Of a stretch of 64,000 nt of DNA, positions 28,382 through 37,094 are shown one piece after another. Position 1 is the first letter of the stretch, and every line of letters begins with the position of its first letter. The notes beneath the pieces are model-generated. The model did not search any database. It was not told where the DNA came from and saw nothing but the letters and a program-made list of their open reading frames with translations. This DNA comes from Deltaproteobacteria bacterium (GTDB lineage Bacteria > Myxococcota_A > Polyangia > Polyangiales > Houyiibacteriaceae). The stretch is from positions 2,753-66,752 of the forward strand of contig SHLP01000002.1 in assembly GCA_004283055.1 (NCBI GenBank). The letters are read 5' to 3'. The translations under genes and the position numbers were made by a program.

Positions 28382-28385
28382 CGAA

Positions 28386-29636
28386 TTAGCCCTGGTCCCG
28401 TGCCAAGCGGATGCCGCTGAACTGCCAGCGAGCCTCCGGTGGAAAGAAATTACGATAGCTTCGGCGCGCATGACCCGTGGGCGTTGCGCAGCTGCTACCT
28501 CGGAGCACGTACTGGTTGCACATGAACTTGCCGTTGTATTCGCCGAGCGCTCCTTCGGCTGGGCGATAGCCGGGATACGCAGAATAGCTCGAGCGCGTCC
28601 ACTGCCATGCGGCTCCGTATGGGCTGGGGCTGCTTGGATGGACCGCGGCCGCGCGACCTCCGAGGGGCGCGGGCTCGGGCTCGCTCGTTGCGACCTCCCA
28701 CTCCTGCTCAGTGGGCAGGCGGGCGCCGGACCAGCGTGCATACGCGTCCGCTTCATAGAAGCTCACATGGACGACCGGCTCCGCATCGCGGACGCGCCGC
28801 CGCCCATGCAGCGTGAGCTGGCTCCAGCCGTCGTGCTCCTTGCGCCAATACTGGGGCGCTCCCCAGGCTCGACTCTTCACCGTGTCATAGCCAACGCTGA
28901 GCCAGAGCTCGGGGCGCTCGTAGCCTCCGTCTTCGATGAACTCGAGATACTCCCCGTTGGTCACCAGGCGCTGGGCGATCTCGAACGGCTGAAGCAAAAC
29001 CTCGTGCACCGGACCCTCGTTGTCGAAGTGGAAGGATGGCAGCCCACAGCCGATGCGAGCAATTCCCCCTTCGTGGCCGGACCAGCGCATCGCGGGGACC
29101 GAAGCGTCATCCCCTTTCAGCGATGCGTCCCGCGAGTAGACGGGGTCGAGCGGATTGCACGAAAGGAGATGCTTGATGTCGGTGAGCAACAGCTCCTGAT
29201 GCTGCTGCTCGTGATGGAGGCCAACCTCGATACGGCCGGCAAGCCGATCGTCGACCTCGGCCCGAAGAAGCTCGAGGACCGATTCATCTACTCTCTGCCG
29301 GTAGGCCGTCACTTCGTCGTGGCTCGGCCTGGTGAGAAGGCCACGCGAAGGGCGGTCATACTGCTCGCCAACGGCATTGTAGTAGCTGTTGAACAAGATG
29401 GCGTACGGCTCTGGGGACAGGCCTTCCACACCCGCGGGCCGCAGCACGAAGGTCTCGAAGAACCAAGTCGTGTGTGCACGATGCCATTTGCTCGGACTCG
29501 CATCGGGCATGCTTTGAACGCATTGGTCCTCGGCGGAGAGCGGAGCCACGAGCGCTTCGGTTTGCGCACGCACCCGTTCAAAATCGTTCGCAAGCCGTTC
29601 CCGCAACACTTGGCCATTCATAGCTACCACCCTCAA
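28386..29636 (-). CDS. egtB: Ergothioneine biosynthesis sulfoxide synthase EgtB (DinB_2 + FGE-sulfatase-like domains)
   Basis: SKWHRAHTTWFFETF marks the DinB-like domain. WQWTRSSYSAYPGYRPAEGALGEYNGKFMCNQYVLRGSSCATP marks the FGE-like domain. Confidence 0.85.
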   Translation of the reverse strand: MRVVAMNGQVLRERLANDFERVRAQTEALVAPLSAEDQCVQSMPDASPSKWHRAHTTWFFETFVLRPAGVEGLSPEPYAILFNSYYNAVGEQYDRPSRGLLTRPSHDEVTAYRQRVDESVLELLRAEVDDRLAGRIEVGLHHEQQHQELLLTDIKHLLSCNPLDPVYSRDASLKGDDASVPAMRWSGHEGGIARIGCGLPSFHFDNEGPVHEVLLQPFEIAQRLVTNGEYLEFIEDGGYERPELWLSVGYDTVKSRAWGAPQYWRKEHDGWSQLTLHGRRRVRDAEPVVHVSFYEADAYARWSGARLPTEQEWEVATSEPEPAPLGGRAAAVHPSSPSPYGAAWQWTRSSYSAYPGYRPAEGALGEYNGKFMCNQYVLRGSSCATPTGHARRSYRNFFPPEARWQFSGIRLARDQG

Positions 29637-29687
29637 CGGGTCAAGAGCGCCGTTGTTACCAAGAATTCTCGTTCTTGTCAGCGTCGG

Positions 29688-30707
29688 CTATGCCCGAAAC
29701 ACAGGCTCCACGCGCTGGGTCCCCGAACCGCTTCGTTTCCAAACGCTGCGAATCGCCGGAAGGCTGACGGACAAGCCGATCATCGTCCAGGGTACCGTGG
29801 CCATGAAATGCCCCGCAATCGCTACGGAGGCCGCCGTGCTCGGATCGATCCCGAGGAGCTCTAGGGCATAGGCGACGGCGACGTGAAAGGTGCCAATGAA
29901 ACCGGGTGAGGAGGGAACCATCGTGCCTACGGAAAGGAAGACCATCACGATGAGTGGGGCGTAGATCGGCAAGTCGAGGCCGAAAGCCCAGAGCCAACAC
30001 TGAATGGTCAGCATCCCGACGAAACGTATGGCGAACGTGAGGGCCAGCGCTTCGGCGACCGCTCTGCTCGACCGCAGCGCGCTCAATCCATCGACGAACC
30101 GCTGCGCCTTCTGGACGAGCCAGGCTTGAATCCTGGGGCTGAACGGACGCGAGACGAAGACGACGACCCCGGGAAACCTGTGCGGATTGGCTGCGAACCA
30201 CGCGACCGCGAGGAGCGCGGCGAGGATGAGACCAATCAGCCATGCAAGACGACGGTCGCCCGAGAGATCGACGGCCAGAAGCGGCACGACCAGAGCAAAC
30301 AAGACCAGGAACGAGATGAGGTCGAGCAAACGTTCGAGGCCGACGACCGCGACGGTGGACCCTCTAGAGATTTTGCCGGCCCGCGCAAGAAGGTCGATTC
30401 GAACGAGCTCTCCGAGCCGAAACGGGAAGACATTGTTGGTGACGTACCCGCCCAAAATCGCAGTGAAGCACTCGATGAATCGATAGCGTCGGAGCGGCCG
30501 TAGAAATACCTTGCTCCGCAGCGCGCCCAGCGAGAGGACAGCACCTTTGGTCAGCAAGCAAGCCGACAGGATCCAGAGGTTGACGGAAGCTAGGGTCGGA
30601 CCGATCTCACTGAGATCGACGCGGCGTAAGAAGTAAACGGCGAGAATCGCGGATAGAACGAAGCCCGCGGTCATCAGGACGCGTTCCTTGGTCAGGCTTG
30701 GCCGCAT
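29688..30707 (-). CDS. UPF0104 / lysylphosphatidylglycerol-synthase-TM-region-like ('flippase-like') membrane protein
   Basis: Polytopic, 339 aa. AILGGYVTNNVFPFRLGELVRIDLLA is a pattern typical of this family, which is often paired with GT2 enzymes. Confidence 0.6.
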   Translation of the reverse strand: MRPSLTKERVLMTAGFVLSAILAVYFLRRVDLSEIGPTLASVNLWILSACLLTKGAVLSLGALRSKVFLRPLRRYRFIECFTAILGGYVTNNVFPFRLGELVRIDLLARAGKISRGSTVAVVGLERLLDLISFLVLFALVVPLLAVDLSGDRRLAWLIGLILAALLAVAWFAANPHRFPGVVVFVSRPFSPRIQAWLVQKAQRFVDGLSALRSSRAVAEALALTFAIRFVGMLTIQCWLWAFGLDLPIYAPLIVMVFLSVGTMVPSSPGFIGTFHVAVAYALELLGIDPSTAASVAIAGHFMATVPWTMIGLSVSLPAIRSVWKRSGSGTQRVEPVFRA

Positions 30708-30709
30708 CG

Positions 30710-32263
30710 CTACTCTCCGGCGAGCTCCAGACGCTGCTCGAAGAACTCGTAGAGGTCGGGGAGCGGCGCGCCCTCGTTGCCGAGTATTCCTGCGGAGATC
30801 GAGGCCAAGGAGCTTCCCAAGTACATTCCTACGGGAAGGGGCTCGCCCGCGATCTGGGCGAGGCTGGCGCCGGTCAAAAAGACGTCTCCAGAGCCCACGG
30901 CGTCGACCTCGTGGATCTCGAGCGCCGGAAGATAGTCGGTCCTCAAACGGTCACCGTCGCCCCGAGGAGGCCGGAAACAAAGCGACCCTCGCCGACCCAT
31001 GGTCACGATGAGACCCTTGGCGCCGCTGGCAGCGTAATACCGGCTCGCCAGGTTGGAGATGCCGCTCTCCGCATCCGCCAGGGCAAACCTCAGCTCCTCC
31101 TCGGTCGGCGTCGCGAGCTGCGGCTTTTGGAACTTGAGGATGTTGGCCTGCCCATTCGTGCTCACGTCGGCGAAGTACGGTTTGCCACATCGTTCCGCGA
31201 GCACCGGAATCGCGTTGGCAAGCGTCGGGCCGAACAACCCGTACCCGAAATCGGTCACGATCAGCCCGTCGTGATCGTCGAGCTGCGCCTCGAGCAGAGA
31301 GGTGAGCTCAGCGCTGGTTTCGATGGGGATCGGCGCTGGGTTCCCTCGGTCTACTTTGAAGACCTTCTTGTCCCCGACCAGGTAGCGGGTCTTGGTGTAC
31401 GCTCTGCGCCCCGGCGCCGGCAGGTTGCGCACTTCGACCCCCGAGCGCTCGAGGCTGCCTCGGATTCGACGGAACGACTCGTCCTCTTCACAGCAGGTGA
31501 TGAAGGTGGGCTTTGCGCCGAGGACGGCCGCTTGCCGCGCGATCAGCCCTGCACCGCCGATGAACCACTCTTCGCTGATGGGTTTTACCGAGACGATCGG
31601 GCTCTCGGACGCGACGCGCGCGCCCTCGCAGTGCGAATACTGATCGAGGATGGCATCCCCGAGCACCAAGACCCGGAGATCGGAAAAGGCAGCGATCGTG
31701 TTCTTCAACCGGGCGGAACTGATGGCATTGACCTGGCAGAAACGCTGGATCTTCTGCTGTTCCATGTCGAGGCTGTTGCCCTTGCGTCGGCCGATCTCGG
31801 TCGACGAAAAGATGACGTCTCCGGAACCGAGGACCACGCGTCCGCCGAAGGCCTCGACGATTTTCTTCTCTTTGGCAAAGCGTGGATCGTTTTTGGACTC
31901 GTACTCCCGACCTTTGACGTAGATGTCGGGTTGGATCGCCTCGAGGACAGGGCCTGCCCATTCATCTTCGCTGAGCGCCACGTAGTCTACGCAAGCAAGC
32001 TCGGCCAGGTTGTCGAGTCGGAGGTCTTCCGGGATGTAGGGTCGCTCGTACCCCTTCATCACGACGTCGTCTGCGCTCACGGTCACGACCAAGACGTCGC
32101 CGAGGCTACGTGCCATGCGCAGATAGCGAATGTGGCCCGGATGAACGATGTCAAAGCAGCCATGACACTGAACCACCGTTTTACCCGCCTTGCGAAGCTG
32201 CGCCCTCTCGGCCTGCAGACTCTCGACGGAATGGATCTTCTTGTCAGCTTCCGCGCTACGCAT
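30710..32263 (-). CDS. Bifunctional nucleotidyltransferase + PfkB sugar(-phosphate) kinase, HldE/RfaE-like but with inverted domain order
   Basis: The N-terminus has VVQCHGCFDIVHPGHIRYL (HxGH cytidylyltransferase fold). The C-terminal ~350 aa are ribokinase-like, with VLVLGDAILDQY and DAVGSGDVF. Confidence 0.75.
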   Translation of the reverse strand: MRSAEADKKIHSVESLQAERAQLRKAGKTVVQCHGCFDIVHPGHIRYLRMARSLGDVLVVTVSADDVVMKGYERPYIPEDLRLDNLAELACVDYVALSEDEWAGPVLEAIQPDIYVKGREYESKNDPRFAKEKKIVEAFGGRVVLGSGDVIFSSTEIGRRKGNSLDMEQQKIQRFCQVNAISSARLKNTIAAFSDLRVLVLGDAILDQYSHCEGARVASESPIVSVKPISEEWFIGGAGLIARQAAVLGAKPTFITCCEEDESFRRIRGSLERSGVEVRNLPAPGRRAYTKTRYLVGDKKVFKVDRGNPAPIPIETSAELTSLLEAQLDDHDGLIVTDFGYGLFGPTLANAIPVLAERCGKPYFADVSTNGQANILKFQKPQLATPTEEELRFALADAESGISNLASRYYAASGAKGLIVTMGRRGSLCFRPPRGDGDRLRTDYLPALEIHEVDAVGSGDVFLTGASLAQIAGEPLPVGMYLGSSLASISAGILGNEGAPLPDLYEFFEQRLELAGE

Positions 32264-33356
32264 GGCTGCGACTCCATTGAATCAAGGCGTCGATCAGCGC
32301 ATCCCGGTCGGAGGCTTCCAACTCGGGTGTCACCGGCAGGCTTACGATACGCCTAACCAGCGCCTCGGTATGTGGCAGTGCTGGAGCAGTCATCCCTGCG
32401 AACGCACGCTGCTGGTGAATCGCAATCGGATAGTGCACTTTGGCATCGAAACCCTTCGAGGCCAGATGTGCGATCAATGCATCGCGTTTGTCGTGACGAA
32501 TGACGAAGGCGCTGTAGGCAGGCTCTGAGCCTTCAGTGATGCGCGTCAGCTCGAAAAACGGTCGCAGTGCCGCTTGATATGCCGCCGCATGATCGCGGCG
32601 CCTCGCGATCCATTCGTCGAGATGTGGAAGCTTCACGAGAAGAATCGCCGCTTGGAGCGTGTCGAGCCGCGCGTTCTCACTCGGTACGTCAACGCGATCA
32701 CGATCGCGGTGGCCGAGGGACCTGAGCCGCCTGAGAAGAGCAGCCTGCTCTCGGTCGCCGGTCGTGATGAATCCCGCATCGCCGCACGCCGCCAAGGCCT
32801 TCAGCGGGTGGAGCGAAAAGCAGCCCAAGCCAAACGACCCGACGCTACGCCCATGCAGCGTCGAACCGATCGCCTGTGCGCAATCCTCGATGAGATGAAG
32901 CCCGTGTGCCCTGCAGAGCGCCTCAATGGGGGCCATGTTGCAGGGAACGCCGCCGAGGTGAACGGGAATCACGGCCTTGGTTCGTGGCGAAATTGCCGCG
33001 GCGAGCAGCTCCGGGTCCATCAGACCCGTCGCCGGATCGACGTCGATGAAAACCGGCGTCGCCCCAAGCAAGCAAACCGAGCTTGCGGTAGCCACGTACG
33101 AATGAGAGACGGTGATGACTTCGTCCCCCGGGCCGATCTCGAGCGCCCGCATGACCAACGTGAGCGCAGACGTGCCAGAGCCGACGCCGACCACTTCCTG
33201 TACGGCGAGGCGTTGCGCCAATCTCTCCTCGAGCTCGTGCACTTCCGGGCCGTTGATGAACTGGCCGTGCCCCAGCACACGATCGACGGCCTCGAGAATG
33301 TGAGGCCGCAGGGCCTGGTTCTGTTTGACCAGGTTCACGTAGGGGACGGAAGTCAT
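32256..33356 (-). CDS. DegT/DnrJ/EryC1/StrS-family PLP-dependent sugar aminotransferase
   Basis: The start is ATG 33356 (ATGA overlap with the SDR gene). It has MTSVPYVNLVKQNQALRPHILEAV, GVGSGTSALTL, and the SLHPLK Lys region. Confidence 0.85.
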   Translation of the reverse strand: MTSVPYVNLVKQNQALRPHILEAVDRVLGHGQFINGPEVHELEERLAQRLAVQEVVGVGSGTSALTLVMRALEIGPGDEVITVSHSYVATASSVCLLGATPVFIDVDPATGLMDPELLAAAISPRTKAVIPVHLGGVPCNMAPIEALCRAHGLHLIEDCAQAIGSTLHGRSVGSFGLGCFSLHPLKALAACGDAGFITTGDREQAALLRRLRSLGHRDRDRVDVPSENARLDTLQAAILLVKLPHLDEWIARRRDHAAAYQAALRPFFELTRITEGSEPAYSAFVIRHDKRDALIAHLASKGFDAKVHYPIAIHQQRAFAGMTAPALPHTEALVRRIVSLPVTPELEASDRDALIDALIQWSRSHA

Positions 33357-34378
33357 GAAACGAGCTTCGCAGCCGACCTCCAAAGCTTCGGCCGGGCCTT
33401 CATCCATGCAACGTTGCGATAGACGTCCGAGCCGCTGTCGGAGACTCGACCCGAACCATAGGCTTCGCGCAGCTCACGGACGGCCGTGACCAAATCGTGC
33501 CGAGTCTCGAAGCCGAGGTCTCTGCGCGCCCGGTCGGCTGAGAGGTGATACGAACGCGGATCATTGGTTGGGACTGTGTCGATCGGTAGCGACGCGTCGA
33601 GCTCATCTCGGATCATTTCCGCCAAGGACATGACCGACGCGTTCTCCCGGCTCACGTTGAAGGCCCGGGCGCTGATCTTTTCGGCAGGCGCCGTGAGCAG
33701 CATGCGGTAGAACGCCGTCAGGTCCAGGATGTGAACGTTGGGGCGCATTTGGGAGCCCCCAAAAACCCGAATCCGCCGGTCCGTCAGGGCCTGGTCCGTC
33801 AGCAAGTTGATGGTCAGGTCGAGCCGCAGGCGGGGTGAGAAGCCACACACGGTGGCAGACCGCACCGAGACCCCGACAAACGAGTCGTCGACCAGGCTCT
33901 CGAGGATACGCTCTCCCTCCGCCTTGCACTTGGCGTAGATGGTGATTGGGTCGAGGGAAAGCTCCTCGGTTACGTTTTCGTCGTCTTTGATTCCGTACAC
34001 GCTTGCGGAAGAGGCGTAGAGGAAGCGTTTTACGCCGTGCCTCTTCGACGCTCGCATCAGATGTTCGACCGCGTGAAGATTGACCGATTCAGTGACGCCG
34101 TGATCGAGCTCCGAGCTCGGGTCGTTCGAAATGGCAGCAAGGTGAATCACGGCATCGAAGCCGCCCTCGGCGAGCGCGGCATCGACCGCATCGAAATCCC
34201 GGATGTCGCCTTGAATCTTTGCGCAGCGCTCGTGGACGATGGGGTCCGAGCTAGGGTTCGTTCCATAGAAAAAGGCGTCAAAAACGGTGACCTGGTGTCC
34301 CTCATCCAAGAGCTCCGGGACGAGGACCGCGCCGATGTACCCGGCTCCCCCGGTCACGAGTAATTTCTGGTTCGTCAT
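33353..34378 (-). CDS. NAD-dependent sugar epimerase/dehydratase (extended SDR)
   Basis: The start is ATG 34378. It has LLVTGGAGYIGAVL (GxxGxxG) and YAKCK (YxxxK). The upstream 75 track codons are a run-on. Confidence 0.8.
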   Translation of the reverse strand: MTNQKLLVTGGAGYIGAVLVPELLDEGHQVTVFDAFFYGTNPSSDPIVHERCAKIQGDIRDFDAVDAALAEGGFDAVIHLAAISNDPSSELDHGVTESVNLHAVEHLMRASKRHGVKRFLYASSASVYGIKDDENVTEELSLDPITIYAKCKAEGERILESLVDDSFVGVSVRSATVCGFSPRLRLDLTINLLTDQALTDRRIRVFGGSQMRPNVHILDLTAFYRMLLTAPAEKISARAFNVSRENASVMSLAEMIRDELDASLPIDTVPTNDPRSYHLSADRARRDLGFETRHDLVTAVRELREAYGSGRVSDSGSDVYRNVAWMKARPKLWRSAAKLVS

Positions 34379-34428
34379 TTCCGCCTCTCGTCGTCGATAC
34401 GATATCCTAATCCCCGGATGAATGAAAA

Positions 34429-35091
34429 ATGACGACATCCGCTGTGCTCTTCGACATGGACGGTGTGCTGGTGGACTCGGCGTCCCTACATGTGCGCGCT
34501 TACGAACGCATATTCCACGACGCAGGAATCGAATTTCCCGCGGCGGCCCGGGACGCGGTTCGCGAGGGAAAGCGCCGAGCCGAGGTGATCGAAATCGCCG
34601 CACCCGACGCGAGCTCAGCCGTCGGGCAAGCGCTCTTCGACGCGAAACCAGCCGCGGTCGCCCAACTGCTTCGCGACGATGCCAATGTGAGCATGCCGGG
34701 CGCGACTCGGCTCGTGCGTGCTCTTGCGGATCGGGGAATCCCGATGGGGGTCGTCACAAACAGCGTCGATCCCGATCTCTGGTTGGCCGCTGCGGAAATC
34801 TTGGATGTGATGGACGTCGTGATCACGGGCAACGAGGTTTCGTCGACGAAGCCGGCCCCGGAGGGCTACCTACTGGCTGCGGAACGATTGAGAGTCCATC
34901 CAACGGCTTGCATCGTTTTCGAGGACTCGCGCGACGGTTGGTTGGCTGCAAGCCGCGCTGGCATGCGCGTGCTGGTCCTCGCATCGGCGCGTCCTGCTTG
35001 GGCCGATGAGAGCGTCGAGCTCGTGCCCGGCATGGATAGCTCGGGGGTGCTAGCCCTCTGTCTCCCGGGCACGACAGGGGAGGCCTCGTGA
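34429..35091 (+). CDS. HAD-superfamily hydrolase (subfamily IA, beta-phosphoglucomutase-like phosphatase)
   Basis: AVLFDMDGVLVDS is motif I. VVTNS and FEDSRDG are motifs II-IV. Confidence 0.8.
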   Translation: MTTSAVLFDMDGVLVDSASLHVRAYERIFHDAGIEFPAAARDAVREGKRRAEVIEIAAPDASSAVGQALFDAKPAAVAQLLRDDANVSMPGATRLVRALADRGIPMGVVTNSVDPDLWLAAAEILDVMDVVITGNEVSSTKPAPEGYLLAAERLRVHPTACIVFEDSRDGWLAASRAGMRVLVLASARPAWADESVELVPGMDSSGVLALCLPGTTGEAS

Positions 35092-36071
35092 GAGTCCATC
35101 GTTTTTTCGAGGCGGTGTATCGAGACAACCAGCTGCGCCGCGCGCCGAATCGACGCCGCCTTGCTCGTGACTTCGCCCTCTACGTGAGGAACCGCGCCCT
35201 CGAACCGATCGATGCGATGCTTCGAGCGAAGCACGGTCGAACAGACCTGCCTGTCGTCTTCATCGTCGGCGCCCCTCGATCCGGAACGACGGTGCTGTAC
35301 CAGCTCATTGCGGAGTACGTGGATGTGGGGTTCGTCAACAATCGAATGGCTCGCTACTTCGCTGCGCCGGTCCTGGGCGCCATGCTTCACGGTCGCACTG
35401 GAGGTGGACACCAGCTTGCTCTCTCCTCGGAGCACGGCCGAACGGCGGGAGACCACTCGCCCCATGAGTTCTCGTGGTTCTGGCACTACCACGGCGACTT
35501 CCGCCTCTACGACGACCTGAGCGACGAGGAGCTTGCGAGCATGGATGGGCAGCCAATCAAACGAGCGCTGGAGGGCTTGGCCGGCTACTTCGAGCGCCCG
35601 CTGGTGGTCAAGAACATCAACTTCGTCTCGTATCAAATAACTTGGCTCAAACGATTGATCCCCAGGGCGAAGTTCATTTGGATTCAGCGTGACGATCGGT
35701 ACACCGCGCAGTCGATCATGCGCGTTCGTGAAGAGGAATACGGCGACAGGAAGGTTTGGTGGTCGATACGGCCGAGAGACGCGGCCTCGTGGCACGACCG
35801 GTCGCCCGTCGAGCAGGTCAGCCATCAAATTCGTGATCTGAGTCGCGCGATCGAGACCGCGTTTGAGGCGCTTCCCGGAGAGGATCGTTTGACGCTCGAA
35901 TACGAGAGCTTGATGAGAGAGCCCTCGAGGACCCTGCGGCGGGTTGCCCGATTCATGGGCGCTGATCTTGCCGACGAGGCAGGGCTCGAGGCCCTCACGC
36001 TAGAGACTCGGAACCATAGAACGGTTGACGACGAGACTTGGACCCAGATCCAGACGGCGCTTGCACCCTAA
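35088..36071 (+). CDS. Sulfotransferase-family protein (PAPS-dependent type)
   Basis: The GTG start overlaps the HAD stop (GTGA). VVFIVGAPRSGTTVLYQLI matches the 5'-phosphosulfate-binding loop. Confidence 0.65.
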   Translation: MRVHRFFEAVYRDNQLRRAPNRRRLARDFALYVRNRALEPIDAMLRAKHGRTDLPVVFIVGAPRSGTTVLYQLIAEYVDVGFVNNRMARYFAAPVLGAMLHGRTGGGHQLALSSEHGRTAGDHSPHEFSWFWHYHGDFRLYDDLSDEELASMDGQPIKRALEGLAGYFERPLVVKNINFVSYQITWLKRLIPRAKFIWIQRDDRYTAQSIMRVREEEYGDRKVWWSIRPRDAASWHDRSPVEQVSHQIRDLSRAIETAFEALPGEDRLTLEYESLMREPSRTLRRVARFMGADLADEAGLEALTLETRNHRTVDDETWTQIQTALAP

Positions 36072-37094
36072 ATGACCTCTTTCGAAACCACAGAAGACGC
36101 GAAAACCTGGTCGGCCTGGCTAGCAGAGGCAGGCATCGACGACGTCTACTACTCCTTTCAGTACCTAGAGACCTGGGCGCACGAGGAGCTCGGCCGCTCG
36201 ATTGGGATCCGATACGAATCGCCGAGAGGACGAATTCTTTATCCACTCGTCTTGGTTCCGCTCGATTCCCTGCCCGGAGGGTCGGGCCTCGTTGAAGCGC
36301 GCACTCCCTATGATTTCGGCGGACCCTGGGCTGATGGCCCCGATCTCCGAGCGCTGCACGGCGAGCTCCGGGATGTTCTGGTTGATTGGCTGCAAGGCCG
36401 CGGCGTGGTCTCGGAGTTTGCGCGGATCCACCCGCTGCGCGAGGGCGGGCAGCCCGCCGACGCAGCAGTCCACGCGGAAAACCTCATCGTTGACGTGACC
36501 GGTCCGTACGACGAGCTGTTCTCCTCTCAGCATCGAAGACACCGCCGCGCGGTGCGCGCCTTCCATCGGCACAATCACGAATTGCATTGGATCAGCGACA
36601 TCTCGGACCGCGACGCTACTGCGTTCACAGAGCTCTACGCCAGGACGATGGCCCGAGTCGCGGCAGGCACGGACTATCGATTTTCGGACACGACGCTGTC
36701 CGCTCTGATGGCGCTCGACGAAATGAGCCTGGTGCAAGCGACGAGCGAGACCAAACCCTTGGGCGCGGCGCTCTTTCTGCGTTCTGGCGACGACCTCTTT
36801 TATTACCTGGGCGCGTCGGCGGACGATCGCCCCGCAGGTACAAACAACGCAATTTTCGACGCCGCGATCCGTAACGCGCAGTCGCGGGGCATGCGAACGC
36901 TTCATCTCGGCGGCGGCAGCGAGTCCCTCCGGGCCTTCAAGTCTCAGATTGCAACTGGGACGGTTCCATACAGCGTACTGCGCCGAATCATCGACGAACC
37001 CCGGTATACGGCGCTTTGCCGGGCGTGCGGAGCCTCTGGCTCGACCTATTTCCCGGCGTTCCGCCCGGAGCTCATCGAGAGACGCCAGAGGTGA
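36072..37094 (+). CDS. FemAB / BioF2-like GNAT-fold acyl(aminoacyl)transferase
   Basis: The ATG directly abuts the upstream stop. LFYYLGASADD and MRTLHLGGGSESLRAFKSQ resemble the FemAB/Acetyltransf_6 families. This is recognised from memory. Confidence 0.55.
   Translation: MTSFETTEDAKTWSAWLAEAGIDDVYYSFQYLETWAHEELGRSIGIRYESPRGRILYPLVLVPLDSLPGGSGLVEARTPYDFGGPWADGPDLRALHGELRDVLVDWLQGRGVVSEFARIHPLREGGQPADAAVHAENLIVDVTGPYDELFSSQHRRHRRAVRAFHRHNHELHWISDISDRDATAFTELYARTMARVAAGTDYRFSDTTLSALMALDEMSLVQATSETKPLGAALFLRSGDDLFYYLGASADDRPAGTNNAIFDAAIRNAQSRGMRTLHLGGGSESLRAFKSQIATGTVPYSVLRRIIDEPRYTALCRACGASGSTYFPAFRPELIERRQR

Noticed and set aside
28382-28756. N-terminal extension of the egtD ORF (452-aa version)
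   Set aside because: The extension overlaps the 3' end of egtB out of frame and is Pro/Ala/Arg-rich. EgtD homology starts at MIAFDPL (ATG 28381).
28254-29864. 536-aa plus-strand ORF
   Set aside because: It is antisense to egtB (and the egtD start). The EgtB motifs on the minus strand are decisive.
30698-32356. 552-aa plus-strand ORF
   Set aside because: It is antisense to the HldE-like gene, whose HxGH and PfkB motifs are clear. No motifs appear in the plus-strand product.
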